DNA of 31,286 nucleotides from Gemmatimonadota bacterium. Its GTDB lineage: Bacteria > Gemmatimonadota > Gemmatimonadetes > Gemmatimonadales > Gemmatimonadaceae. Position numbers and translations under genes: made by a program. Below, in pieces: positions 24,932 through 31,286 of the stretch (position 1 is its first letter; every line of letters starts with the position of its first letter). Below the pieces are notes generated by a model. That model made no database searches. It saw only the letters and a program-made list of their open reading frames with translations, and was not told where the DNA came from. Location of the stretch: assembly GCA_040389905.1 (NCBI GenBank), contig JAZJZK010000065.1:1-31286 (forward strand), read 5' to 3'.

Positions 24932-26536
24932 TCAGTCGGCGTGTGCGGGAAGGACGAATGGACCCAGGTGCGGTCCAGGATTGGATAGCGACGCGCGAAG
25001 CGCGAGCGCAATGACGTCTCGTGTGTCTTCGGGATAGATGACCGCGTCGACGTAGCCACGCGCCGCCGCATACCGAGCATCGAGTTGATGCTCATAGTCG
25101 GCGCGCATCTCGTCGACCGCCTGCTTCGTCGTTGCGTCGAGCGGTGTTTTCGTCTGCCCCGCTTTCGTCAGCGCTGGTCCGTGTACTGCCTGCACGGCAG
25201 CCTCCCCTTCCATCACGGCCATGCGACCAGTCGGCCACGAGAAGATGAAATCGGGATCGAAGCCCTGGCCTGCCATCGCGTAGTACCCTGCGCCCGACGC
25301 GTGATTGACGGTCAGGACGATTTTCGGGACGCGGGCAGTCGCCATCGCTTCGACGAAACGCGCGCCAGAACGAATCACGCCCTCGTGTTCAGATTCCGGA
25401 CCGACCATGAACCCCGAGACGTCCTGCACGAAGAGCAGCGGGATGCCTTGCCGATCGCAGCGCTCGATGAAGAACGCGACCTTCTCGGCGCTCTCCGCGT
25501 ACACGATGCCTCCGAAACGCGGTTTTTCACCGGGCCGGCCTTTGACCAGGCCGCGCTGGTTCGCGATGATACCAACCGCGAGCCCATTGATGCGCGCATC
25601 GGCGCAGATCATCTCCTTTGCGAGCTCACCCTGGAATTCGGCGAGTGCACCGCCATCAACCAGGACGCGCAGAATGGCGTGCATGTCGTACGACATGCGG
25701 TGGTCGGTCGGCAGCAATTCGTACAGCGCGTGTGCGGGCGCGCCTCCATCCACCGACGGCGCATAGGCCGATGGTCGTTCTGCCGGTAGCTGGGCGATGA
25801 GATCGCGCAGCTTTTGGAGGCACTCTTGATCTGTATCCACCGCGTAGTGCGCCACGCCGCTGATCTGCGTATGCGTGGACGCGCCGCCGAGCGTTTCGCC
25901 ATCGATCGTCTGGCCAGTCGCGCCCTTCACGAGATTCGGACCGCCCAAACCCATGAAGGACGAGCCCTTGACCATGATGATCAGGTCCGAAAGCGCAGGG
26001 AGGTACGCACCACCGGCAATGCACTGCCCCATCACCGCGGCAAGCTGCGGGACACGCAGATAGCGCCGCATGATGGAGTTGTAGTAAAAAATTCTGCTCG
26101 CCCCGTACTGGCCGGGGAACACGCCACCCTGATACGGGAGATTCACTCCGGCCGAATCGACCAGATACACGATGGGAATCCGGCAGCGCATCGCGATTTC
26201 CTGCGCGCGGAGAATCTTCCGGATGGTCTCTGGCCACCACGACCCTGCCTTGACCGTCGCGTCGTTCGCAACCACGACAATAGGCCGCCCATGAACGATG
26301 CCGACGCCTGTCACAACCCCTGCGCCGGGCGCTGCTCCGTCGTACTGATCATACGCGACCAACAGTCCGACTTCGATGAAGCGACTGCCCGAATCACACA
26401 GCTTCGCCACGCGCTCCCGCGCGACAAGCTTCCCCTGCGCGTGCTGCTTTTCGATCTTGTCGGGGCCGCCGCCGAGGCGCAGCTGGTCCTCGAGGGCGCG
26501 GAGCTCGTCGCTGAGCTCGCGGAGCCGAGTCGTCAC
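24932..26536 (-). CDS. Acyl-CoA carboxylase carboxyltransferase subunit (methylcrotonyl/geranyl-CoA carboxylase beta type)
   Basis: Start re-called at GTG 26536 (VTTRLREL); GKLVARER, ANDATVKAG, YLVDSAGVNLP, CIAGGAY, QDVSGFMVG, GAGYYAM. Confidence 0.92.
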   Translation of the reverse strand: MTTRLRELSDELRALEDQLRLGGGPDKIEKQHAQGKLVARERVAKLCDSGSRFIEVGLLVAYDQYDGAAPGAGVVTGVGIVHGRPIVVVANDATVKAGSWWPETIRKILRAQEIAMRCRIPIVYLVDSAGVNLPYQGGVFPGQYGASRIFYYNSIMRRYLRVPQLAAVMGQCIAGGAYLPALSDLIIMVKGSSFMGLGGPNLVKGATGQTIDGETLGGASTHTQISGVAHYAVDTDQECLQKLRDLIAQLPAERPSAYAPSVDGGAPAHALYELLPTDHRMSYDMHAILRVLVDGGALAEFQGELAKEMICADARINGLAVGIIANQRGLVKGRPGEKPRFGGIVYAESAEKVAFFIERCDRQGIPLLFVQDVSGFMVGPESEHEGVIRSGARFVEAMATARVPKIVLTVNHASGAGYYAMAGQGFDPDFIFSWPTGRMAVMEGEAAVQAVHGPALTKAGQTKTPLDATTKQAVDEMRADYEHQLDARYAAARGYVDAVIYPEDTRDVIALALRASLSNPGPHLGPFVLPAHAD

Positions 26537-26540
26537 GAGG

Positions 26541-26951
26541 TCAGGCTTCCTGTCGTGATCGCTCGGCGAACCAGCTCTGGATGTAGTCGACGAGGTCGGA
26601 CGTCGGCGTCCCCGGGCCGAAGAGCTTCCCTGTGCCGAGCGCGTGGAGGGCTTCCATGTCCTCTTTCGGGATGATGCCGCCGCCCGTGACGAGGACGTCA
26701 TCCCGCCCCTGCTCCTTGAGCAGGTCGAGCACGCGCGGGAAGAGTGTCATGTGCGCGCCACTGAGAATAGATAGCCCGACGACGTCGACGTCTTCCTGCA
26801 CGGCAGCCGTCGCGATCATCTCGGGCGTCTGGTGGAGGCCGGTGTAGATGACCTCCATGCCCGCGTCGCGGAGCGACGCCGCGACGACCTTGGCCCCTCG
26901 GTCGTGACCGTCGAGACCCGGCTTTGCTACGAGAACGCGAATAGGACGCAT
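26541..26951 (-). CDS. Cobalamin-binding small subunit of methylmalonyl-CoA mutase-type acyl-CoA mutase
   Basis: [14 protein letters not shown] (DxHxxG), [20 protein letters not shown]. Confidence 0.95.
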   Translation of the reverse strand: MRPIRVLVAKPGLDGHDRGAKVVAASLRDAGMEVIYTGLHQTPEMIATAAVQEDVDVVGLSILSGAHMTLFPRVLDLLKEQGRDDVLVTGGGIIPKEDMEALHALGTGKLFGPGTPTSDLVDYIQSWFAERSRQEA

Positions 26952-26959
26952 AGACCAGA

Positions 26960-26989
26960 ATCATAGTCGGCGCGCTCTCCGGGCGGCAA
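26960..26989 (-). promoter_or_regulatory. Sigma70-type promoter giving a near-leaderless transcript of the acyl-CoA operon
   Basis: Minus strand TTGCCG-18 nt-TATGAT, 8 nt before the ATG at 26951; no SD sequence. Confidence 0.6.
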
Positions 26990-27012
26990 CTCATCTGGTC
27001 GCTTCGTAACGG

Positions 27013-27120
27013 CAGGTGCGGGCCCTTCACTTCGGTCAGGGCGACAAACACCCAGGAGTTCACGACCTGCGTGGCAGTTCCGCTCGTTTTGTCGCCGTGA
27101 GTGAAACGAAGGGCCTGCAC
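27013..27120. repeat. Inverted pair of REP-like elements (subfamily A)
   Basis: CAGGTGCGGGCCCTTCACTTCGGTCAGGGCGACAAAC (27013-27049) and a reverse copy GTGCAGGCCCTTCGTTTCACTCACGGCGACAAAACGAGCGGAA (27120-27078). Confidence 0.88.
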
Positions 27121-27221
27121 ATCAGTTCACAGATTCTTTACAATTTCGAGGCTGGCGCGCGCGCTCCCCCGGCGGCAGCCTCAGGGCTCCGCTGGCACAC
27201 CACCTTCCGACCTCCAATCCG

Positions 27222-27986
27222 ATGCCCACACACAGTCCGTTCGTCTGGCATGAGTTGATGGTTCCCGACACGTCCACGGCACCTGCCTTCTACAAGGGCG
27301 TCACCGGCTGGGGTACGCAGAAGTTCGAGGGGCCGATGGACTACACCATGTGGGTGAACGGCGAGACGCCCGTTGGCGGACTGATGCCACTCGACAAGGA
27401 CCTTCAGGCCATGGGCGTACCGTCACACTGGCTTCACTACGTCGGCGTGGCAAACGTCGACGACAGCGCCGCGCTCGCAGAGTCACTCGGCGCGCGCGTC
27501 AACGTGCCGCCCACGGACATTCCCAACACCGGCCGATTTGCCGTCCTGGCGGACCCACAGGGGGCCTCGTTCGCCATCTACACGAGTTCCCAGGACGCGC
27601 CGCCCGCCGGTGACCCTGCCATCGGCGACTTCTCCTGGACCGAGTTGGGAACGACCGACAGCGATGCCGCGTTCGCGTTCTACTCCAAGCTGTTCGGCTG
27701 GACGGAGACGTCGACGATGGATATGGGAGGTGGCATGATGTACAAGATGTTCGGTGGCGGAGGCGCCCCGATTGGCGGGATGTACACCATCGGCAAGGAG
27801 ATGGAAGGCATGCCGCCGAACTGGCTCGGTTATGTGTTGGTGACGAGCGTGGCGGATTCCGTCGAAGCAGTGAAGAACGGCGGTGGCCAACTCATGAGCG
27901 GACCGATGGATATTCCCGGCGGCAAGATCGCCGTGTTCACCGACCCGCAGGGCGCGCACTTCGCCACGCACGAAACCGTGCAATAG
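27222..27986 (+). CDS. VOC/glyoxalase family protein, two-domain
   Basis: FVWHELMVPD...AFYKGVTGW...WLHYVGV...GRFAVLADPQGA is repeated as FSWTELGTTD...AFYSKLFGW...WLGYVLV...FTDPQGA. Confidence 0.93.
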   Translation: MPTHSPFVWHELMVPDTSTAPAFYKGVTGWGTQKFEGPMDYTMWVNGETPVGGLMPLDKDLQAMGVPSHWLHYVGVANVDDSAALAESLGARVNVPPTDIPNTGRFAVLADPQGASFAIYTSSQDAPPAGDPAIGDFSWTELGTTDSDAAFAFYSKLFGWTETSTMDMGGGMMYKMFGGGGAPIGGMYTIGKEMEGMPPNWLGYVLVTSVADSVEAVKNGGGQLMSGPMDIPGGKIAVFTDPQGAHFATHETVQ

Positions 27987-28096
27987 GGGACAGGAGACAG
28001 GGGTCAGGGGACAGGAACAGCAGGTGCGGGCCCTTCGCTCCGCTCAAGGGCGACAAAACGAGCGGAACCGCTGTCCCTCTCCCCTGTCCCCTGTCA
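27986..28096. repeat. REP-like element flanked by inverted heptamer (GGGGACA) tandem arrays
   Basis: GGGGACA GGAGACA GGGGTCA GGGGACA on the left, a REP copy at 28016-28068, and TGTCCCT CTCCCC TGTCCCC TGTCA on the right; fills the gap between two convergent stop codons. Confidence 0.85.
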
Positions 28097-28615
28097 CCTT
28101 GCTGAGCGCCACTGCTCTCGCGTCTGTCCCCAAATGTCGACGGGTTCGTGCTCGTAGGGTGGCGGCAACCTTCCGGGCCCTCGGTTGACGGACCCGAGCC
28201 GCTCCGCGAGCCGCTGCGACGCGTGATTCACCGGGTTGATGCAATGAATGACGTCGCTCCAACCCAGCGTATCAAACGCATAGTCCATCGACGCGCGCGC
28301 CGCTTCGAGACCGTATCCCTTTCCCCACGCATCGGGATGTAGCCCCCATCCGATTTCCGTGCCCGGCCAACCCAATGGCTGCCACGGGCCAACTCGGCCG
28401 ATCCACAGCCCTGTTGCCTTCTCGATGACGGAAAACATGGAGACACCGGTCAGCTGCCATGCGCCCGCCTGCGCCATCAGAATGCGCCAGACCGCCGGCT
28501 TGGCCTGAACGCCACCGATGTGCTTCGCTGATCGCTCGTCGGCCATCAACTCTGCCCAACGATCCAGATCTTCCAAATGCGGCTGACGAAGAAGCAGACG
28601 CTCGGTTTCGATCAT
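28094..28615 (-). CDS. GNAT family N-acetyltransferase (RimJ/RimL type)
   Basis: IETERLLLR, EIGWGLHPDAWGKGYGLEA, NHASQRLAERLG. Confidence 0.93.
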   Translation of the reverse strand: MIETERLLLRQPHLEDLDRWAELMADERSAKHIGGVQAKPAVWRILMAQAGAWQLTGVSMFSVIEKATGLWIGRVGPWQPLGWPGTEIGWGLHPDAWGKGYGLEAARASMDYAFDTLGWSDVIHCINPVNHASQRLAERLGSVNRGPGRLPPPYEHEPVDIWGQTREQWRSAR

Positions 28616-28636
28616 CAGCGCGGCTCAAAGGCGAAA

Positions 28637-28668
28637 GTGCAGACCCGTCGACTTCGCTCGGGGTGACA
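28637..28668 (+). repeat. REP-like element (subfamily B, short form)
   Basis: GTGCAGACCCGTCGACTTCGCTCGGGGTGACA; same ends as the copies at 14949 and 19478. Confidence 0.8.
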
Positions 28669-28718
28669 ACAAGGCAACGCGACAAAGCAAGTACGACGAA
28701 GGACGAATCGCAAACGCG

Positions 28719-31025
28719 TCAGTCCGATCGTAGTGCCTCGAGCGGGTTCACGTCTCTTGCTCGCAATCCCGGAACCAGACTCGCAACAAGTGCAGCCAGC
28801 AACAACGTCGCCGCGACTCCGCCAAGGACCAGCGGATCACGAGCGGACGTATCGAAGAGCAGCGGCTCAACGAAGCGGCCCAGCGCCAGCGCCATGGCGA
28901 GGCCGAGGGCAACACCGACGGCAGCCATGCCGAGGCTGCTCCGGACAATGAGGCTCAGGATGTCGGACCCACGCGCACCGAGCGCGATTCGGACGCCAAA
29001 CTCGTGGGTCCGCTGCGCGACGAGATACGAGAGCACGCTGTAAAGCCCAAGTGCCGCGATGATGAGTGCCAGCACGCCGAGAAAACCAAAAGCGGTCGCA
29101 CCGAGCTTCCATGGCCGCAATTGCGGGTCGAGCGACTCCTGAAGCGTTTGCACCTGTACGAACACGGTCGAAGGATCGAGTTCCTGAAACGTTCGACGCA
29201 CGGTCTCGATGACGGCAGGAGTAATACGTCGTGGCCGGATAACGAGACTGGTGCCGCCAATCCCCTTCTCCTGCCCAAAAGGGATGTAGTACTGCATCGA
29301 TGGATCTTCCTTCAGCGCATTCCGGCGCGCGACAGCAACGACGCCAACGATGCGCGCACACGTCAACGTGCTGTCGTTGCTGGGACCCGAATAGAGACAT
29401 TCGCCAATCGGGTTTCGCCGCGGCCACAGCACGGACGCCATCAACTCGTTGACGATCGCAACCGGCTCACTCCCAGCGCGGTCGGCGCTCGTGAAGGTGC
29501 GACCAGACAACAGCCTGTTGCCAATGGTTTCGAAGTAGTCGCTTGCGACAGCATTCACATAGGGGCCCCCGCCTTTGAGTGACGGGAGAGTATCCCAACC
29601 GGGAACACGCACGTACTGCGAGAAGCCGGAATTGAAGGGAAGTCCAACCGTGACACTCGCGCGCTCCACGTCTGGCAGTTGCCGAAAGCGCTCGAGCGCG
29701 CGTGGATAGAGGTCGCCACGACGGGCGCGTTCGCGCGTTCGCGCGTCGGCGTCGAGTGCGGCAGTACTCGGCCAGCGCGGCGAAACGACGAGCACGCGCT
29801 CCGGCTGAATGCCGAGATCCAGCGAATGAATCTGGTACAGACTCCGTACGAAAAGGCCGGCACCGACGAGCAACACGATCGAGAGCGCGGACTGCGTGAT
29901 CGTCAACGTGGTCCGGAGACGCATTCCCTGCCCTCCACCGTCGCGCGCACCCGATTTGAGAGACGATGTGAGCTCCAGCCGGCTTGCTCGGAGCGCGGGA
30001 ACGAAACCCACGACGATACCCACGCCCAGTGAAATGGCCGCGGATACCGCCAACACTCTCCCATCCACTGGCGACGACGTCCATTCGATCGAACGAAGCA
30101 ACATCGTTCGCAGCAACTGGCCAGTAGCCCACGCCACGGCCAACCCCCCGATGCCTCCGGCCAGCGCGAGCATGACACTCTCGGTGAGCAGGAGACGAAT
30201 GAGCCGGCCTCGCCCAGCGCCGAGCGCAAGTCGCACCGCCACTTCGCGGCGTCGGCGCGCCGAGCGAGCCAACAGCAGGTTGACGACGTTGGAGCACGCG
30301 ACGAGCAATACCACAATCGCAACGCCGAGCAGCCAGCGCGCGACAGTATTGTCCAGCGTTTCCTTGCCCTGATTGTTGTACGAGATCGGCGCGACGGAGA
30401 GCGTCGCTTCTTTCAACCCGTCATCGTCGCCGGTGTATGCATTGTGGAAGGCGGCTGTCGCATCAGCTCGAGCCTGATCAGCAGACACTCCAGGCTTGAC
30501 ACGAACGATCAACCTGAGGAACTGCACACGCCACGACGTCGTCCAGTCCTGCCTGGAGGTCGGCCCGCGGAGTGACATCGGGAGCCACACATCTACGCCG
30601 CCGAGTTGCGGCCCCGTGAAGCCGCGCGGCGGCACGCCGACCACCACGTACGACTCATCCGCAAGCACGATCGTCGCGCCCAACGCCTTCGCATCACCGC
30701 CAAACATGCTGTGCCACAGACCATAGCCGATGACAGCGACATGCTCGGCACCGCTCGTGCGGTCCTCAGCCGCAGAGAAAAAGCGTCCGGCGACAGGCTG
30801 CACGCCGAGCATCCCGAACAGGTCCGCGGTAACGTAGGCGTTGTTGATCAACCGGGCGTCAATGCCGCGGCCAAGGGTGAGACCCGCCGGGTTCACTGCA
30901 TACGCGGCCACGCCGGCGAAGGAATGCGTGTTTCGTTTCAGGAGATCGTAGGTCACATAGCCGAAGGAACTGCCAGTGAACGGCTCGCCCGACGGCGCTT
31001 TGCCCGTGTAGTAAACGCGCATCAC
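28719..31025 (-). CDS. Duplicated MacB/FtsX-type ABC permease (ADOP-like), main reading frame
   Basis: GRFFS...VAVIGYGLW, LLVACSNVVNLLLAR...EVAVRLALGAGR.RLIRLLLTES, ALSIVLLVGAGLF, GLYSVLSYLVAQRTHEFGVRIALGA, VNPLEALRSD. The N-terminus is lost to a frameshift near 31070. Confidence 0.9.
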   Translation of the reverse strand: MMRVYYTGKAPSGEPFTGSSFGYVTYDLLKRNTHSFAGVAAYAVNPAGLTLGRGIDARLINNAYVTADLFGMLGVQPVAGRFFSAAEDRTSGAEHVAVIGYGLWHSMFGGDAKALGATIVLADESYVVVGVPPRGFTGPQLGGVDVWLPMSLRGPTSRQDWTTSWRVQFLRLIVRVKPGVSADQARADATAAFHNAYTGDDDGLKEATLSVAPISYNNQGKETLDNTVARWLLGVAIVVLLVACSNVVNLLLARSARRRREVAVRLALGAGRGRLIRLLLTESVMLALAGGIGGLAVAWATGQLLRTMLLRSIEWTSSPVDGRVLAVSAAISLGVGIVVGFVPALRASRLELTSSLKSGARDGGGQGMRLRTTLTITQSALSIVLLVGAGLFVRSLYQIHSLDLGIQPERVLVVSPRWPSTAALDADARTRERARRGDLYPRALERFRQLPDVERASVTVGLPFNSGFSQYVRVPGWDTLPSLKGGGPYVNAVASDYFETIGNRLLSGRTFTSADRAGSEPVAIVNELMASVLWPRRNPIGECLYSGPSNDSTLTCARIVGVVAVARRNALKEDPSMQYYIPFGQEKGIGGTSLVIRPRRITPAVIETVRRTFQELDPSTVFVQVQTLQESLDPQLRPWKLGATAFGFLGVLALIIAALGLYSVLSYLVAQRTHEFGVRIALGARGSDILSLIVRSSLGMAAVGVALGLAMALALGRFVEPLLFDTSARDPLVLGGVAATLLLAALVASLVPGLRARDVNPLEALRSD

Positions 31026-31286
31026 TTCCTCAGGATTCCGGATGTGCTCCGGTCCCCGAATGAGGAGTCGTCCGCAACGCCGAACATTGCGGCGTTGCCG
31101 CCGATGCCGAGCGCCAAAGTGACCACGACAAAACTCGTGAAGAGTGGCTCCCGAACGAGCGACCGCGCAGCGTAGCGGGCATCAAGCGCAAAATCGTTGA
31201 ACCATTCCGTGATGCGCATGGTGCGATCCCTCTCGTTAGCACCGTACGCGGTGCGACCGCGAGTCATCGCGCCAGAAACTGGCGGC
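31022..31286 (-). pseudogene. N-terminal fragment of the same permease, separated by a 1-nt frameshift (or sequencing error)
   Basis: DARYAARSLVREPLFTSFVVVTLALGIGGNAAMFGVAD is the typical first TM of this family. Adding one base at ~31070 joins it to RLLIRGPEHIRNPEEVMRVY. Confidence 0.75.

Noticed and set aside
24932..26701. Extended N-termini given by the ORF track (also 3886, 5039, 6460, 10980, 14506, 16334, 21283, 22383 and 23470)
   Set aside because: The extensions overlap neighbouring genes or non-coding DNA. Shorter starts are supported by stop/start overlaps, SD motifs or family N-termini.
6586..28668. Repeat copies as a CRISPR array or as IS ends
   Set aside because: The copies are dispersed, in both orientations and not regularly spaced. 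No cas or transposase gene and no target-site duplication is evident.
31268..31286. Possible second frameshift in the permease N-terminus (RQF/GAM junction)
   Set aside because: Only 19 nt of context remain at the window edge and the frame is open, so it cannot be judged.

Overview
GC-rich bacterial chromosomal window, by gene content most consistent with Gemmatimonadota (inference). In order it holds: the 3' part of a Cys-bracketed Ig-repeat surface protein; an ECF sigma/zinc anti-sigma/Spy-like triad; a GDPD; an active plus degenerate amidohydrolase pair; rplU-rpmA; a five-gene ECF operon in which both the anti-sigma and a predicted outer-membrane barrel end in CBM48-like domains; RNase G/E; an acyl-CoA dehydrogenase; RecQ; a U32/RlhA-like protein; a PLC-like lipoprotein; a B12-binding subunit/carboxyltransferase/split AtuA/enoyl-CoA hydratase operon; VOC and GNAT genes; and a frameshifted duplicated ABC permease. 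No tRNA, rRNA, CRISPR, transposase or integrase was seen. Two signals stand out. (1) The two-CBM48 trans-envelope ECF module is a candidate periplasmic glucan-sensing system. (2) A short palindromic repeat family occurs at eight loci, lies in frame inside three proteins (two signal peptides and the U32 linker), is translated in both orientations, and nests with other repeat types. All family assignments come from recognising motifs by eye, not from database searches.
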